A DNA stretch of 64,000 nt, from NCBI RefSeq assembly GCF_006345805.1, contig NC_042997.1, positions 211,978,001 through 212,042,000 of the forward strand, read 5' to 3'. This document shows positions 1 to 13,300 of the stretch, in pieces (within the stretch, counting starts at the first letter, position 1; each line of letters begins with the position of its first letter). This DNA comes from Octopus sinensis. Its lineage: Eukaryota. Made by a program: the position numbers and the translations under genes. Below the pieces are notes generated by a model. It was given only the letters and a program-made list of their open reading frames with translations, had not been told where the DNA came from and did not search any database.

Positions 1-489
1 ACTAACTATAATAACAATGATAAATGCTTTGATACAGTACCATGCAGTGACTCGTGTGGCCTGCCATCTTAACTGATTGGAACATGTCTTGGTGTAAAAG
101 ATGGGCTACAGCAAATATTCTGCTCAATACCGCAGATTTGCTTGTCAGTGACTTGACCCCTTAACTAGTGGAGCATGGTCCTTCATCATCATCATCATCA
201 CTACCTTTTTCACTAAACCATATTTTGCAGAAGAGAAGACTCCTGTGTTTTCTCTGATGCCAGCCAAGAAATTGTTATTGTGGATTTCTTGCATCTTTCT
301 CGTTATCACTTGCTTCATCTTACTCTCTAACTTATTCTTTCCTTTGTTTTGCAACTGGGGGCATCCATGTATCTACTCTACAACAAAACAACTCTCTCTC
401 TCTACCCTCTGTACCTTTTATCTCTCAAATGGCACAAATTTGCATCCCTTCAATACCACCCCTCCCTCCCACTTGAGGGTTTTTTGTCT

Positions 490-705
490 TACAAGGTACT
501 TGGTAACCCTGTTGGTGTTGGTGCCACATAAAAATGCACCCAGTTCACTCTGTAAAGTGGTTGGCATTAGGAAGGGCATCCAGCTGCAGAAACCATGCCA
601 AATCAGACAAGGGAACCTGGTAAGGCCAGGTTCTTTGCCAGTTCCTGTTAAACCGTCAAATCCATGCCAGCATGGAAAACGGATGTTAAAGGATGATGAT
701 GATGA
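490..705 (+). mobile_element. RTE 3'-tail copy
   Basis: ggttggcattaggaagggcatccagctg...gttaaaggatgatgatgatg. Confidence 0.8.
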
Positions 706-1361
706 ATGGGGTGGTTGCAGACTGTTGTAGTTGTGTTCTGGTTGTTGGTCAGCTGACATAATGCAATCATGCAAATGTTTTACATGAATAAACTGCAAAC
801 AAAGACAACAGTGTTGTGTAAACCAATGACACCCAGAGGATGGCCATTGTCTGTCGATTTCACTCAAAAACAGTAAGCATGAATACTCAACTGGTTTTCC
901 CACCAATTTTGTCTGAAAACAGGCGTTTAAAGTGTACCACCAGTTGGGCTCTGTCTGATCATGTGAACAAGGCTTTTCTTCTTCTTAGAATCACATTTCC
1001 AAAATCAGGGGGCAGCACCTACCATGCCATTTAAATATGGCATTTCACAACACTGCTGTTACACCCAGTTCTGCCTGATCATGGTAGCCAGAAACAATGT
1101 TGCTTACCATTTCTTCCCCACCGAAATACCTTCCACGGTTTACGTCTTCTGCTTTCTTTCATGTCTTTGAGGATTTAAGCTGAGGACGACTCACAGTTTG
1201 GAGTCCAGTTGTTTTTATCAGTTGAAGCAACCGTAACACTATGAAGTCCAAACCAACCAGAAATGGGATTTGCCTTTCTCTATATCAATTGCCATTTAAT
1301 TGCTAATTGCTGATGCAAATGTTGCATGGTTTTTCCAGCCACACTTCTTTATATCCTATAA

Positions 1362-1409
1362 AGAGAGAGACAGAGAGAGAGAGAGAGCATAAGAGAGAGG
1401 TGGAGAGAG

Positions 1410-1476
<67 letters not shown>
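1362..1476. repeat. (GA)n microsatellite
   Basis: Directly visible. Many further (TA)n, (CA)n, (GA)n and (AAT)n tracts occur, e.g. 24466-24613, 32961-33036, 33821-33896, 35663-35706, 39414-39465 and 52400-52452. Confidence 0.95.
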
Positions 1477-1478
<2 letters not shown>

Positions 1479-2077
1479 AACATGGGAGGTGCAGGATGTG
1501 TATTGTATAACTTTTTGAAAATACATATTTTTTTGTTTTTAATGAAATTTTCAGTGATAGGTTTTCAGTGGAGTAGATTGTAATTATGTTGATAAAAGTT
1601 TAGAAAAATCACAACATATATTCGTTGCAAATATACAAATGAGAAATTTGTTTCATTTAATTTTAAGATAATAAACATTTTTCTTTCGAAAATTAGTTTT
1701 CATTTCAATATTTTGCATAAATACCAAGAAATTTGAGAAAAATTATTAAATAATAATTATTGTTTGTATGGCATATTTCCTGAAATTGTCCATGGTGCCA
1801 AAACTGAACTTGCAGATTTACTTGTCTGTGCAAAATATCTGTGAGATTATATTTAGTAATGTTACATCAAAGGTGACATGCTCCAGTTGAAAGGTTGGCA
1901 GAGGAATCGTTCTGTGAGGAGAATCTCTGAACAAAAAATGCAATCCAGTTACATTTTGTTATCTGTGGCAGAAGACTTGTATTTGAAATTTTCTACACCT
2001 AAAACGAACCATTTTACCTGACAAGTGGAATCACATTAATGGACCAAGTGCAGTTTAACAGGCTTTCACAATGATAT

Positions 2078-2392
2078 ACCCGTGCCGGTGGCACGTAAAA
2101 AGCACCGTCTGAATGTGGCAGATGCCAGGGCCACCTGACTGGCATCCGTGCCGGTGACACGTAAAAGCACCAACCGATTGTGGCCGCTGCCAGCCTCGCC
2201 TGGCACCTGTGCCAGTGGCACGTAAAAAGCACCCACTATACTCGCGGAGTGGTTGGTGTTAGGAAGGGCATCCAGCTGTAGAAACATTGCCAGATCAGAT
2301 TGGAGTCTGGTGCAGCCTCCATGGCTTACCAGACCCCGGTCGAACCGTCCAAGCCATGCCAGCATGAAAATTGGGTGTTAAACGATGATGAT
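2078..2392 (+). mobile_element. RTE 3'-tail copy
   Basis: Internal gtgccggtggcacgtaaaaagcacc repeats and (GAT)n end. Confidence 0.85.
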
Positions 2393-2821
2393 AAACTGTT
2401 TTAGACAAATCTTTGAATTACTAAAAAGTAAAGTCAGTCGTCACATCAAAGTGGCTGTTCCATGTTATTACTAGTTTAACCCCAGGCAGATCCTCCACCA
2501 GCTGGTTATTGGTGTGACTCTGCATGCTTTATATACAGTATATATTGTCAGCAGGGGGAGCGATATATTGTGTATAAAGGGTACAGTAACACACCAATAA
2601 CCAGCTGGTGGAGGATCTGCCTGGGGTTAAACTAGCAGTAACATGGAACAGCTACTTTGATGTGGCAACTGACGTTACTTTGGAGTATAGTTACCTCTCT
2701 GATCTCTTCTTGAGATTTTAAAACTATTTATTTTGTTTGTTTGAATTATTAGTCTTTAATCTTAACCATAATTAGCTGCAGCTAAAATCTGAAGGTCACT
2801 GAAGGGCTGTCACTCGGTTAA

Positions 2822-2997
2822 CCCTTCTGAGACAACCACTTCTTCTCGAGACTGCCTCTGGTTCTTTGATCTAAATTAGAACTTATCAAAATTCCATGTT
2901 AATCTATGTTCAAACATCAACTTAATAACGAGAGTTATTTTATTAAATTTTTCATTATTTTCAAAATAAACTCAAATGAAATATGGTAACAAAAGGC
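2822..2997. mobile_element. Degenerate piggyBac-type MITE related to 3644-3864
   Basis: TTAA-cccttc ... ggtaacaaaaggc-TTAA. Confidence 0.55.
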
Positions 2998-3428
2998 TTA
3001 AAGAACATTTGGCCATGAATCTTTGTCAAATCGGCTGAACAGCAACAAAACAATTTTAAAATACTGCTGATTCAGCAGATTTTAGTTCTTTGGCGAGATA
3101 TCACCTTGAAAACATCCGCCAAAGATTATTTTGTGTTTGAAATCATGTCACAACTAGTTTCCTTGACTCTAAACCAAACTGTTATAAAAACAAAAAGAAA
3201 ACAATAAGCAAAAAGAAAAAAAAAACAATACTAGAAGTAAAACTAAAAATAAACCAAGATAAGAGAAGATATTCTCTGCTGAACAGGCTTCATTCACACC
3301 TAACTGATTTGGCAGCGACCGAGGAAGAAAGCTGATAAAGAAGTTTATTATTTCTCGAGTGGTGAGAGCTTTAATCAGAGATTTGTTAACAACAAACAGC
3401 GGGGTGCTTTGTTTGTTGTAATTGGTGA

Positions 3429-3600
3429 GTTAGTGTTAACTGCTGAGGTGTAATTAAATAGATAACCAGTTATAAATATGTGCTGAGGCGGCACAGATAG
3501 TCAGATAGTTCAGTTAGTGTTAATGGCTGAGGCATATTCAATAGATGACTAGCTATAGATATGTGGTGAGGCACAGATCGACAGAAAGATAACTTAGTGT
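3429..3600. repeat. Diverged 84-bp tandem duplication
   Basis: gttagtgttaa at 3429 and 3513. Confidence 0.65.
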
Positions 3601-3643
3601 GAATGTATTTAAGGCAAAGAATATTAAAACCATTCTCATTTAA

Positions 3644-3864
3644 CCCTTTCGTTACCGTATTTATTTTGGGATGCTCTGTGTTTCTCCCAATTATTTTAAA
3701 TATAACAAAGAATTTAGTAAAATAACTTGGTTATCGTTAAGCTGGTGTTAGGAACATAAATTGTGACTAAGGTTTGGTGGAAGATTTTAATTCAAAACTT
3801 ATGAAAACAAGACATTTGTGCTACAGAGCCACAGCCGGTTTCGGCTGGGTTGGTAATGAAAGGG
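3644..3864. mobile_element. piggyBac-type MITE
   Basis: TTAA-ccctttcgttacc ... ggtaatgaaaggg-TTAA. Confidence 0.85.
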
Positions 3865-3900
3865 TTAACATTCATGTTGGCAAGGGTTGTATAGTTTGAA

Positions 3901-4131
3901 AGGCGGCCAGCTGGCAGAAACGTTAGCACGCTGGGCGAAATGCTCAGCATTATTTCGTCTGTCGCTACGTTCTGAGTTCAAATTACGCCAAGGTCAACTT
4001 TGCCTTTCATCCTTTCGGGGTCGATTAAATAAGTACCAGTTACGTACTGGGGTCGATGTAATCGACTTAATCCGTTTGTCTGTCCTTGTTTGTCCCCTCT
4101 GTGTTTAGCCCCTTGTGGGTAGTAAAGAAAT
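3901..4131 (+). mobile_element. SINE family C (ggcggcgagctggcagaaacgttagcacg...)
   Basis: Pol III-like head with gagttcaaatt; also at 4560-4680(-), 7760-7900(-), 7914-8125(+), 18008-18220(-), 18978-19195(-), 44825-45112(-) and 47000-47345(-). Confidence 0.85.
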
Positions 4132-4691
4132 ATGTATAGTTTGATAGGATCTGAGGGGTTCCAAGGACTGCATCAGTCACCCCTGTCTACTTAGGCAGGG
4201 TTTCTACAGCTGGATGTCCTCCCTAGCATCAACCACTTTACAGCATGGACTGGGAACTATTTTCATGCGACCAGCAATAGTGAGGTTGCAAAATATGTTG
4301 TAGCTTCATGGCTACTCACATTTTAGAAGAGAGAATGGGAATGACTGGGGTGGAACAGGGAAGAGAGATTAAAACAGTGGAGATGAGGTATCTGGGTGGA
4401 TCCTCAAGGTATGAGGTAAATAGAAGGGTGGTGGGTAGATCTGTAGGCCTGGAGCATGGGGGAGAGTGGGAAAGTGATAGTAGAGGAGGAGAAATAATTT
4501 GGTGATTCAGGATGGTAGTAGTGATCAATGTAAAATAGTGGTGGTGAGGACCGTATAAGGCAGAAGGATAAATATGAAAGGCAAAGTTGACCTTGATGGA
4601 ATTTGAACTCAGAACGTGAAGCCAGATGAAATGCCACTTAGCATTTCCCTCCACTAATGATTCTGCCAGCTCGTTACCTTAAATATTTATA

Positions 4692-4871
4692 GGTGCTGGA
4701 GTGGCTGTGTGGTAAGTAGTTTGCTTACCAACCATGTGGTTCCGGGTTCAGTCCCACTGCATGGCACCTATGTCAAGTGTCTTCTACAATAGCCTTGGGC
4801 CAACCAAAGCCTTGTGAGTGGATTTGGTAGACAGAAACTGAAAGAAGCCCATCGTATATATGTGTGTGTGT

Positions 4872-4918
<47 letters not shown>

Positions 4919-5160
4919 CATACATACATACATACATATGTATGTATGTGAGTGTATATGTTTGTGTGTGTGTGTGTATCCGTCCCAATTGCTTAACTGA
5001 TGTTGGTGTGTTTACATCCCTGTAGCTTAGCTGTTCAGCAAAAGAGACCGATAGAATAATAAGTATTAGGCTTAGAAAGCATAAGTCCTGGGGTCGATTT
5101 GTTTGACTAAAGGCAGTGCTCCAGCAGGGCCACAGTCGAATGACTCAAACAAATAAAAGA
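4692..5160 (+). mobile_element. tRNA-derived SINE with central microsatellite (family B)
   Basis: ggagtggctgtgtggtaag..ggttcagtccc head; other copies at 7165-7565(-) and 16851-17247(+), partials near 25500, 29722, 53015, 59399 and 60085. Confidence 0.85.
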
Positions 5161-6821
5161 ATGCCAATATTGACTGCACTTTTTCAACTCTTCTCCTGTG
5201 AGGCTGTCGATGCAGTGTTTCTTGAAGTTGTTCTTGTGATCAAAGAATTCCGTATTCACGCAATCTATTACGTTGGCTGAGGCTTAATGGGATTCCTTCT
5301 TTTGGTAGAATGTCTTTAAAAAAAGAAAGGAATTATTTATTCACTCTGAATGCCACAAATAAAAAAAAAAGAACCCATCAAACCCTACTTTTAACTACAA
5401 AGGAACTGAATGTTTTTCCTCTTCTCCTCTCTCACTCTCTCTCTCTCTCTCTCTCTTGTACTAGAACTTTCTTCGGTAAACTTATCGCATCTTTATGGCT
5501 GAGTACAGTTTTATGTGAGGAGAGCTTCAGTAGTTTATTTTCTGTTTGGTCGTTAATATTCTTTCGGATAAAATCCCATTTCTCACAGACCCAACAGCAT
5601 AGAAGAGGCTTTGAAGTTATTTCTTAGCAAAGATGTCTTCTCTCTCTTTGAAATAATATCTAAAATAGTTCGTAAATTCTTCAGTGAAGCTGTGAAGTGT
5701 CAGTCTCTTTCACAATGTTTTAGAATGAAAGAAGCTACTGAGATACCAAATAATGGAGCAGCTGTAAACTAATTAATGTAATGAGCCAAAAATATTTAAT
5801 TAATTAAAACACTTTTATTGAGAAGAAAAATCTATTTGTTTAATAATTTTGGTGAAATTCAATGGAAACTACTCTAAATCTAAATTAATTAAAAATTGAA
5901 TGAGAGCATGGAAAGGGGAATGAGTGTGACCATTAGCAACAGGGAAAACAATTGTTGGCATGTTTCAGTGTTATTTGGCCTCTTCAGTGAAATATAGTCA
6001 GGCACTAAATGTTGGACAGAGATAAGGATAATTAAAAGTTTGAATTAATGAACACTGGTATGTATGAAGAATTATCTTAAAAAAATAATTGGGAGATATA
6101 TATCTGAAGATTTACATCAGATATTCGTAGAATATTACAGATCTTCAAGAAACTTTTAGCAACAATTGAAGAATTTCAAACAAATTCCAGCTTTAATAAT
6201 ATATGATTCAGTCTGTAGACAGAATAAATTTTCTTTCAACAAAATCATGTTGATGACATGATTTTGAAACAAGTTTCTTTCAAGTTAGAGACAAGATCCC
6301 AAAGACATTTTTGCAGAAACTGTATGATCTTGGGCCTTCAAAACGTGGTCGACTGGATTTAGCCATTGTGTATTAAAGTTTGTGGTACCTTTATCTTTTA
6401 GACTTCAAACTTACTGTGAAAGTGGTTGTTTCTCTTTTCTCTGGTCGTCTAACGGAATGGGTATGCTGTATGACCGTTTCCTATCAATCTCAGCTAAGAA
6501 CATCCATTGTTGTCTGCCAGCCTTACCTTTGGATAATAAACTGACTCCTTGTTTTGGTGTTTGCTGCCATAGACAGGAGTTGATGTTACCTCAAACGCTT
6601 TGGGCCAACATCAATTCATAATTGAGGATGGTTATTTGAGGGAATGTTGCTATTGATCATTCTTCTGTCTCTTCTACAGCTGTAGCAGATAGTCAGGGAG
6701 GTGAGGTCGTTAAGGATTTCCTGTTTAGTGCTCTGTCATTTACTCATTAATTCAATGGATTGCCAAGTCATCTTTGATCAAACAATTGAATCTCAATCGT
6801 TGAAACTAACACCCATCCATA

Positions 6822-6870
<49 letters not shown>

Positions 6871-7164
6871 GTATGTGTGTGCGTGTGTGATCTATCTACA
6901 GGTTTATGATGCTCCTCTCACTTTCACTCATGCTTTGCACTACCGCTTGTCACTGCTTCCCTCTTGAGAGCTACTTCAATCCCTCCTACCTCACATCTCT
7001 CCATACAGATATATATACCACCCACCAAAACTCCATCCTCATCCAACACTCACTTCCGACACCTCTAACCATTATTTTATCTGATAACTTTAAATACATA
7101 CTCAAAGAAGTCACACAACTCTACCACAACATATCATCAGATGAAAGGACTCATATTCTTTTAC

Positions 7165-7565
7165 TCTTTTACTTGTTTCAGTCATTTGACTGCAGCCATG
7201 CTGGAGCACCGCCTTTAGTCGATCAAATCGACCCCGGGACTTATTCTTTGTAAGCCCAGTACTTATTCTATCGGTCTCTTTTGCCGAACCGCTAAGTGAC
7301 AGGGACGTAAACACACCAGCATCGGTTGTCAAGCAATGCTAGGGGGACAAACACAGACACACAAACATATACACACACACTTATATATATATACATATAT
7401 ACGACAGGCTTCTTTAAGTTTCCGTCTACCAAATCCACTCACAAGGCATTGGTCGGTCTGGGGCTATAGCAGAAGACACTTGCCCAAGATGCCACGCAGT
7501 GGGACTGAACCCGCAACCATGTGGTTGGTTAGCAAGCTACTTACCACACAGCCACTCCTGTGCCT
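7165..7565 (-). mobile_element. SINE family B
   Basis: Reverse complement of the 4692-5160 family. Confidence 0.85.
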
Positions 7566-8689
7566 ATATAAACTTTATAAACAGGTTTGTCTATTTATGT
7601 GTGTCCACTTCAGGTCATGGGATTGTTGTTAGGGGTTCACAAAAGTGGTTCCTAGACTTAAAATGTAAGTCTAGGGTGTGCCAGTAGTTTTAGTTATTTT
7701 CAGGTTTATTGGGTCTAATCCTTCGCTTTGACAGTATAAAGGTCAAAAGAAGATGTATTTCTTTACTGCCCACAAGGGGCTAAACATAGGGGGGACAAAC
7801 AAGGACAGACAAAGGGATCAAGTCGATTACATTGACCACAGTTGGAAACTGGCACTTTATTTATCGACCCCGAAAGGATGAAAGGCAAAGTCGACCTCAG
7901 GTCAAAAGAAGATGGCGAGCTGGTAGAAACATTAGCACGGTGGGTGAAATGCTTAGTGGTAGTTCGTCTGTCTTAACGTCTGAGTTCCAATTCCACCGAG
8001 GTCGACTTTGCCTTTCATCCTTTCAGGGTCGATAAATTAAGTACCAGTTGCGTACTGGGGTTGATCTAATCAACTGGCCTCCTCCCCCAAAAATGTCGGG
8101 CTTTGTGCCTAGAGTAGAAAAGAATATAAAGGTCAAAAGTTCAAAGCTTAGACTAGTTTTTAAAAACTTAGTAATTCTTGGACTAGTCAACTTTTTTTAT
8201 AATAGAATTTTTTTAAAGTTCAGAGAAGAATATAAGTAGGTGGCATATCTTGGCTGGTCACCTTCTTTACTCATAGTTTTTGTTATTTTTGGGTATTTTC
8301 TGTTTGTATTTGGAAGGTGGGGGTTGTTAGACTGACAGGTCATAGTGCTGTTAAAGAAATTTGTTCATTTTGTGCTTTGATGTTCACAAGATGATGTGGG
8401 TAGGAGTAAAGGTTGTTGGTTTGCATGTTCCTCTCTAGGGGTTCATTGTTCTTTAAGCAATTTGATTATTACCTTTGTCTTTTATGGAAGCAGAGTTTGT
8501 GGGTTGCGTGCTTATAACTATTTCTTCAATTCTGTTTCAAATCTGGGTACTTTTTGATATATTATTTTAGGGCCATGTATGTATGTGAAAAAGTGTGTCG
8601 TATACTTGTATAAAAATGTGAATAAAATTTAATTCTGAAAATTGATTTACAAATTTAAAATTTAGCAAAAATATTTCTTAAAGATATAC

Positions 8690-8875
8690 ATCATCATTTA
8701 ACGTCCGTTTTCAATGCTGGCATGGGTTGGACGGTTTGGCAGGAGCTGGCAAGGCCAGGGACCACACCAGGTTCCATTGTCTATTTCGGCATGGGCTCTA
8801 CGGCTGGATGCCCTTCCTAATGCCAACCATTTGACAGAGTAGGCTGAGTGCTTTTTACATGGCACCAAAAGTCAG
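8690..8875 (-). mobile_element. RTE 3'-tail copy
   Basis: catcatcatttaacgtccgttttc... Confidence 0.8.
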
Positions 8876-9040
8876 GAGCAGAAGTGGCTTTGCACCAGTT
8901 GAGAAATTAAAGGTAAAGAGGGGACAAGAATAGGGGTTTTGCTGGAGAGTAAATACACGGATACTCCAATTGGAAGAGAAAGGGGAGGAGCAAGCTGGAG
9001 AGTAAGATGAAGGGAGTGGAGGTGAGTCAGAGTGTAAAAT

Positions 9041-9080
<40 letters not shown>

Positions 9081-9664
9081 GGTGGTGGTGAAAATGTATT
9101 GAGACATGCCCTTAAGGGATTTTAGTGGGGGGTGAGACAGAGTGGTAATGACCATACATTATAAATATATTTAAAGTCTCAGTAAATAAATGACTGCTTT
9201 CAAATTTTGTCTATTTTATTTGCGGTTTTCCATATTTTCTTTTTAGCTTCTTTTACAATTTGTCCTAAATTTATATCAGACATTTCCAGAGCATCACAAT
9301 TTCATTTCCAAGAATTCAATATACTTAGCATCTGCTTTGTTTCTTATACACTCATGAAATTCCTGTAGACTTTCTCTCCCAAACGTACTTCCCACTGATA
9401 GACTTCGACGGTCATCTGTTGATTTGCTGTGCTGCAAGTTTCTACCGAGAGACAGCCACATGTTACTTTTCCTGTGTGTCTCCTTTATTTATTTTGGAAG
9501 TGTGTTGTGACATTAGTGTGGCAGACATACCAAGTTTGTTTTTAGGTTTAGTTAGAATAAAAAACAATTTTACATTAAACTGAAGGATTATTCAATGCTT
9601 TTTGTAGAGATACATTTTTAGCATTCTGTTGTGTCTGAGGAGAGTCCTTCCCTTCTAATGCTGC

Positions 9665-10077
9665 CTTACACCAGCGTCGCCTTACTAGCACTTGTGCCCG
9701 TGCTAGTAGGATGCCAAGAGCACCACCCGAGCGTGATCGTTGCCAGAGCAGCCAACTGGCTTCCGTAACAGTGGCACGTAAAAGGGCACCATTTGAGTGT
9801 GATTGTTACCAATGTTGCCTTACTGGCACCTGTGCCGGTGGCAAGTGTAAAAAGATTCGAGTGAGATCATTGCCAGTACTGCCCCCTGTGCTGGTGGCAC
9901 ATAAAAAGTACCCACTACACTCTCGGAGTGGTTGGCGTTTAGAAGGGCATCCAGCTGTAGAAACTCTGCCAGATCAAGATTGGAGCCTGGTGCAGCCATC
10001 TGGTTCGCCAGACCTCAGTGAAAATTGTCCAACCCATGCTATCATGGAAAGCGGACATTAAACGATGATGATGATGA
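9665..10077 (+). mobile_element. RTE 3'-tail copy
   Basis: Same family, ends cattaaacgatgatgatgatg. Confidence 0.85.
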
Positions 10078-10369
10078 ATTGAACACACTCACCAGTAAAG
10101 TTTCTACTCCTTCACTTATTTATTTTTCTAAAATTTTTGTCGTGTCTTGCATCCTTTTCAATAGCTGTTGACTGTGTGTTATATTATAAGGCGCCAAAAG
10201 AAAATGGCTCTCCCCAGACACAACAGAATATGCTTCAACACACGAACTCAAAGAATCTTGCAAACCAAATCCAAAAACGAAATTTTTAGTATTCTTTTAC
10301 AAGAATATATTTGTTATTCTTGTAAAAGAATTATATACACCGTGTAAGTGAAAAGAAGAGACACCAAAG

Positions 10370-13300
10370 TTTTCTTTTGGATTGTAATTAACCTTTATTT
10401 CACATTACAACAAATAGGCTTTAAAATAAAATAGAAAACATACAACAAAATATTTTGATAAACAGAAATATTAAACTGAACCGTCTCAGTTGCATTGAAG
10501 AACTAGGTTTGGAATATCAATTTAGAAATTAACAATTCTTTGACTAAATATTGTGAATAATTTTGTGCAATTTTCAATAAATAGATTTGAATTATAAATA
10601 AAAGATAAAGAATAAAAAATGAATATTAAAAAAAAACATGACAAAAAAGACTGCTACAACTGTTTAATTGTTTTAAGGATCTTTTAACGAAATACTGATT
10701 AGAAATAGAGCAAAAACCGTGTGGTTGAGGGTGAGTTGCCAGTTCTGCTCCCAAGTAACCTGGGAGAAGATTTCACGGTTGAAGTGAGCTGAGATTCACA
10801 ACAATTTCTAGAAATCACATCCACTACGAAACAGGGTGTAGTTTATAGAAATGACACCCGAAATCAATGTATTGACATGTAGTACCTGGGTGTGTTTGGC
10901 AGCTCTACTATGTTTTATAACAACAACAATAATATTTATGGAATAACACACTGAAAGACAGAATATTTCATTTTGTCGCGACAAACAAAAATTTAATGGA
11001 AATTAACAAAAATTTTTTATAAAGCCTTAATGCAAACTATCAACTATGAGAGTGTATATGAACACTTTATGGTTGTTTGTGTGTGTATAACACAATACAT
11101 AGGTATATATGCAGGGCACTGCACTTATGCATGTACTTGTGTGTACAACACTGCACACCTGTATGTGTGTGTATGGCACTACATATGTATGCATGTCAGT
11201 GTACACATGTAGGACACACTCCACATGTATGTGCAGGTCACAGAACCTCTGAATGTGGGGTCGAAATAGCTTCTATGAACTAAATCTAAAATGTAAACAG
11301 TGAAGGCAATAGAGAAGCTGAGAGTACAGTGGTTTACCTTGACAAACAAAATGTTTACCTGGACAAACTAGAAAATATTTGTCACTTAAATATGCTGACT
11401 CTTTTGTGTTCCACCCATATATTTATTGCTCTTTAAATTCATCTTTATGCTTCTATATAGCCACATATCTTTATACACACACACACCTGCATATAAATAC
11501 ATCTGTCCCCAGAAAATGTCTGTTAAACTGAGAAAAGATTTAAGAAAAAATCCTATTGATTTTTTTCTTCTTCTTCTTCATCTCAGTCCTTCTGCCCCAT
11601 CATCAGTAAGATGTCTTCTCTTTCCCCTTACAGTAGACTTGTTGGATATTTCAGACCAAATCTTAAAATGCGAGAATCTAATGACACCAGTGATTGCTAA
11701 TCAGATGTCACAAGTCAAAAAGCTCTATTTCAATACAGCAACAATGTTTTTACAAAACTCTTTAGACTTCTAATAGAGGGATTCCATGTGCATGGAACTG
11801 GACAAGGGAAACCAATATCAAATATTGCCCAAAGAGCCAAAAATACTCTTTGTTTTCAATGAAAGGCAATCGATCTTAGCGAACCATTAGAGAAGAATAT
11901 TTAAAATATGAAATTTTATGAATAAATAATTTAGGTTAAGAATTCCTCTTCTAAAATAGTTGAAACAGTTCTTACCAAGAAAAAAAAAAAAAAAGTCCCC
12001 CCCACCCGTTTCACCCCATATTGAATAAATATAAAAAAATTTTGGGAAATAGTCTTAGAATAAGTTGTCAGTCAAGTTAGAAATGGAAAATGTTGATTGT
12101 AGCATAATTTTATTATTGTTGTAAATAAAGAGAAACACTTAATGTCATAAATGGAGTTAATTTGGTTTTGTTTTCAAGAAGAAAATTGAAGAAAGTAGAC
12201 AGCTGTTAAAATAGTCTTTGAAATAGATTCCATAATTTTTGATGTAGTGAAACTGATTTCCAGAAGTGACCAAGATAAGTCTCTGTCATTTCAGGGATCT
12301 AAATTCCCCCCCCCCCTTTGACTGGGGTTTGCAAAACAATACTAAATTAAACTAAAACAGCAAACAAGAATTTATAATTAGCAGAAATAATATCTGAAAA
12401 AAAAAAATACCAGGTATTTTATAGAAGCTGTCAAAGAAAAGTTAATACAAATGAGGTACCATTAGGAGTAAAGCTCTACTCGCAGGAAGTTTACAAGACA
12501 TAATCAAGGTACCATTGTTCATTACTACAATAGAGCATCTCAGAGCAGAAGTAGACATGAATTATTTAGAAAAGTGCGTAGTTGACTGTGTCCAGTACCT
12601 TAGAGAGAAATGAAGTCATTGGAATAAGAATTCTAGAATCAATATTTTCCATATTTTTCATGACTGAAAATGAAGAATTTAGTTTCACAATATTAATGAT
12701 TTGGACGGGATAGAATAGATGTAAATCTATAAACACACAAGATACCTGTGTGTTTGTGTGTAGATAGAGATATACACACACACGTGTGTATGTATATATA
12801 TCTATATATCCACATTTGTGTATATATATATATATAAAAGAATATACACTTTTCTATCTGTATCCACACACACACACAAACATCTGATTTTACTTTTACA
12901 CTTTAGATTTAGTTAAAAAGTTTATCAAGAGATGAACAATAAATTAATTTGAAACAGAAGCGTGATGCGAAGGGACAGTTTTCAGCATAATTTATTTTGG
13001 AGAACAAAAAAAAAAAAATAAAAAAAAAACAGGAATGCAAAATAAATATTTATAGAAAACTTTTTCTGATGAATCAAAAACATCAATGAATAGATTTTGT
13101 TTATATTTTATTGCACTTGATAACATTTAGAAACTCTTGTACAATAATAAAGAGATATATGCTCCACAAAACTGCAGTATTTGTTGTCTCTAGTTTAGCA
13201 CAGAGAAAACCCAAGCATCCATTATTTTCTGCAAGTGATAGGATAAAACAGTTGTGTACATCAATAGCTTTACTGCAATAACAGAGAAATCATTTAAATT

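Noticed and set aside
760-1370. Possible pogo-like transposase relic on the minus strand
   Set aside because: Only a faint SxxWF-like resemblance, with no continuous frame or termini.
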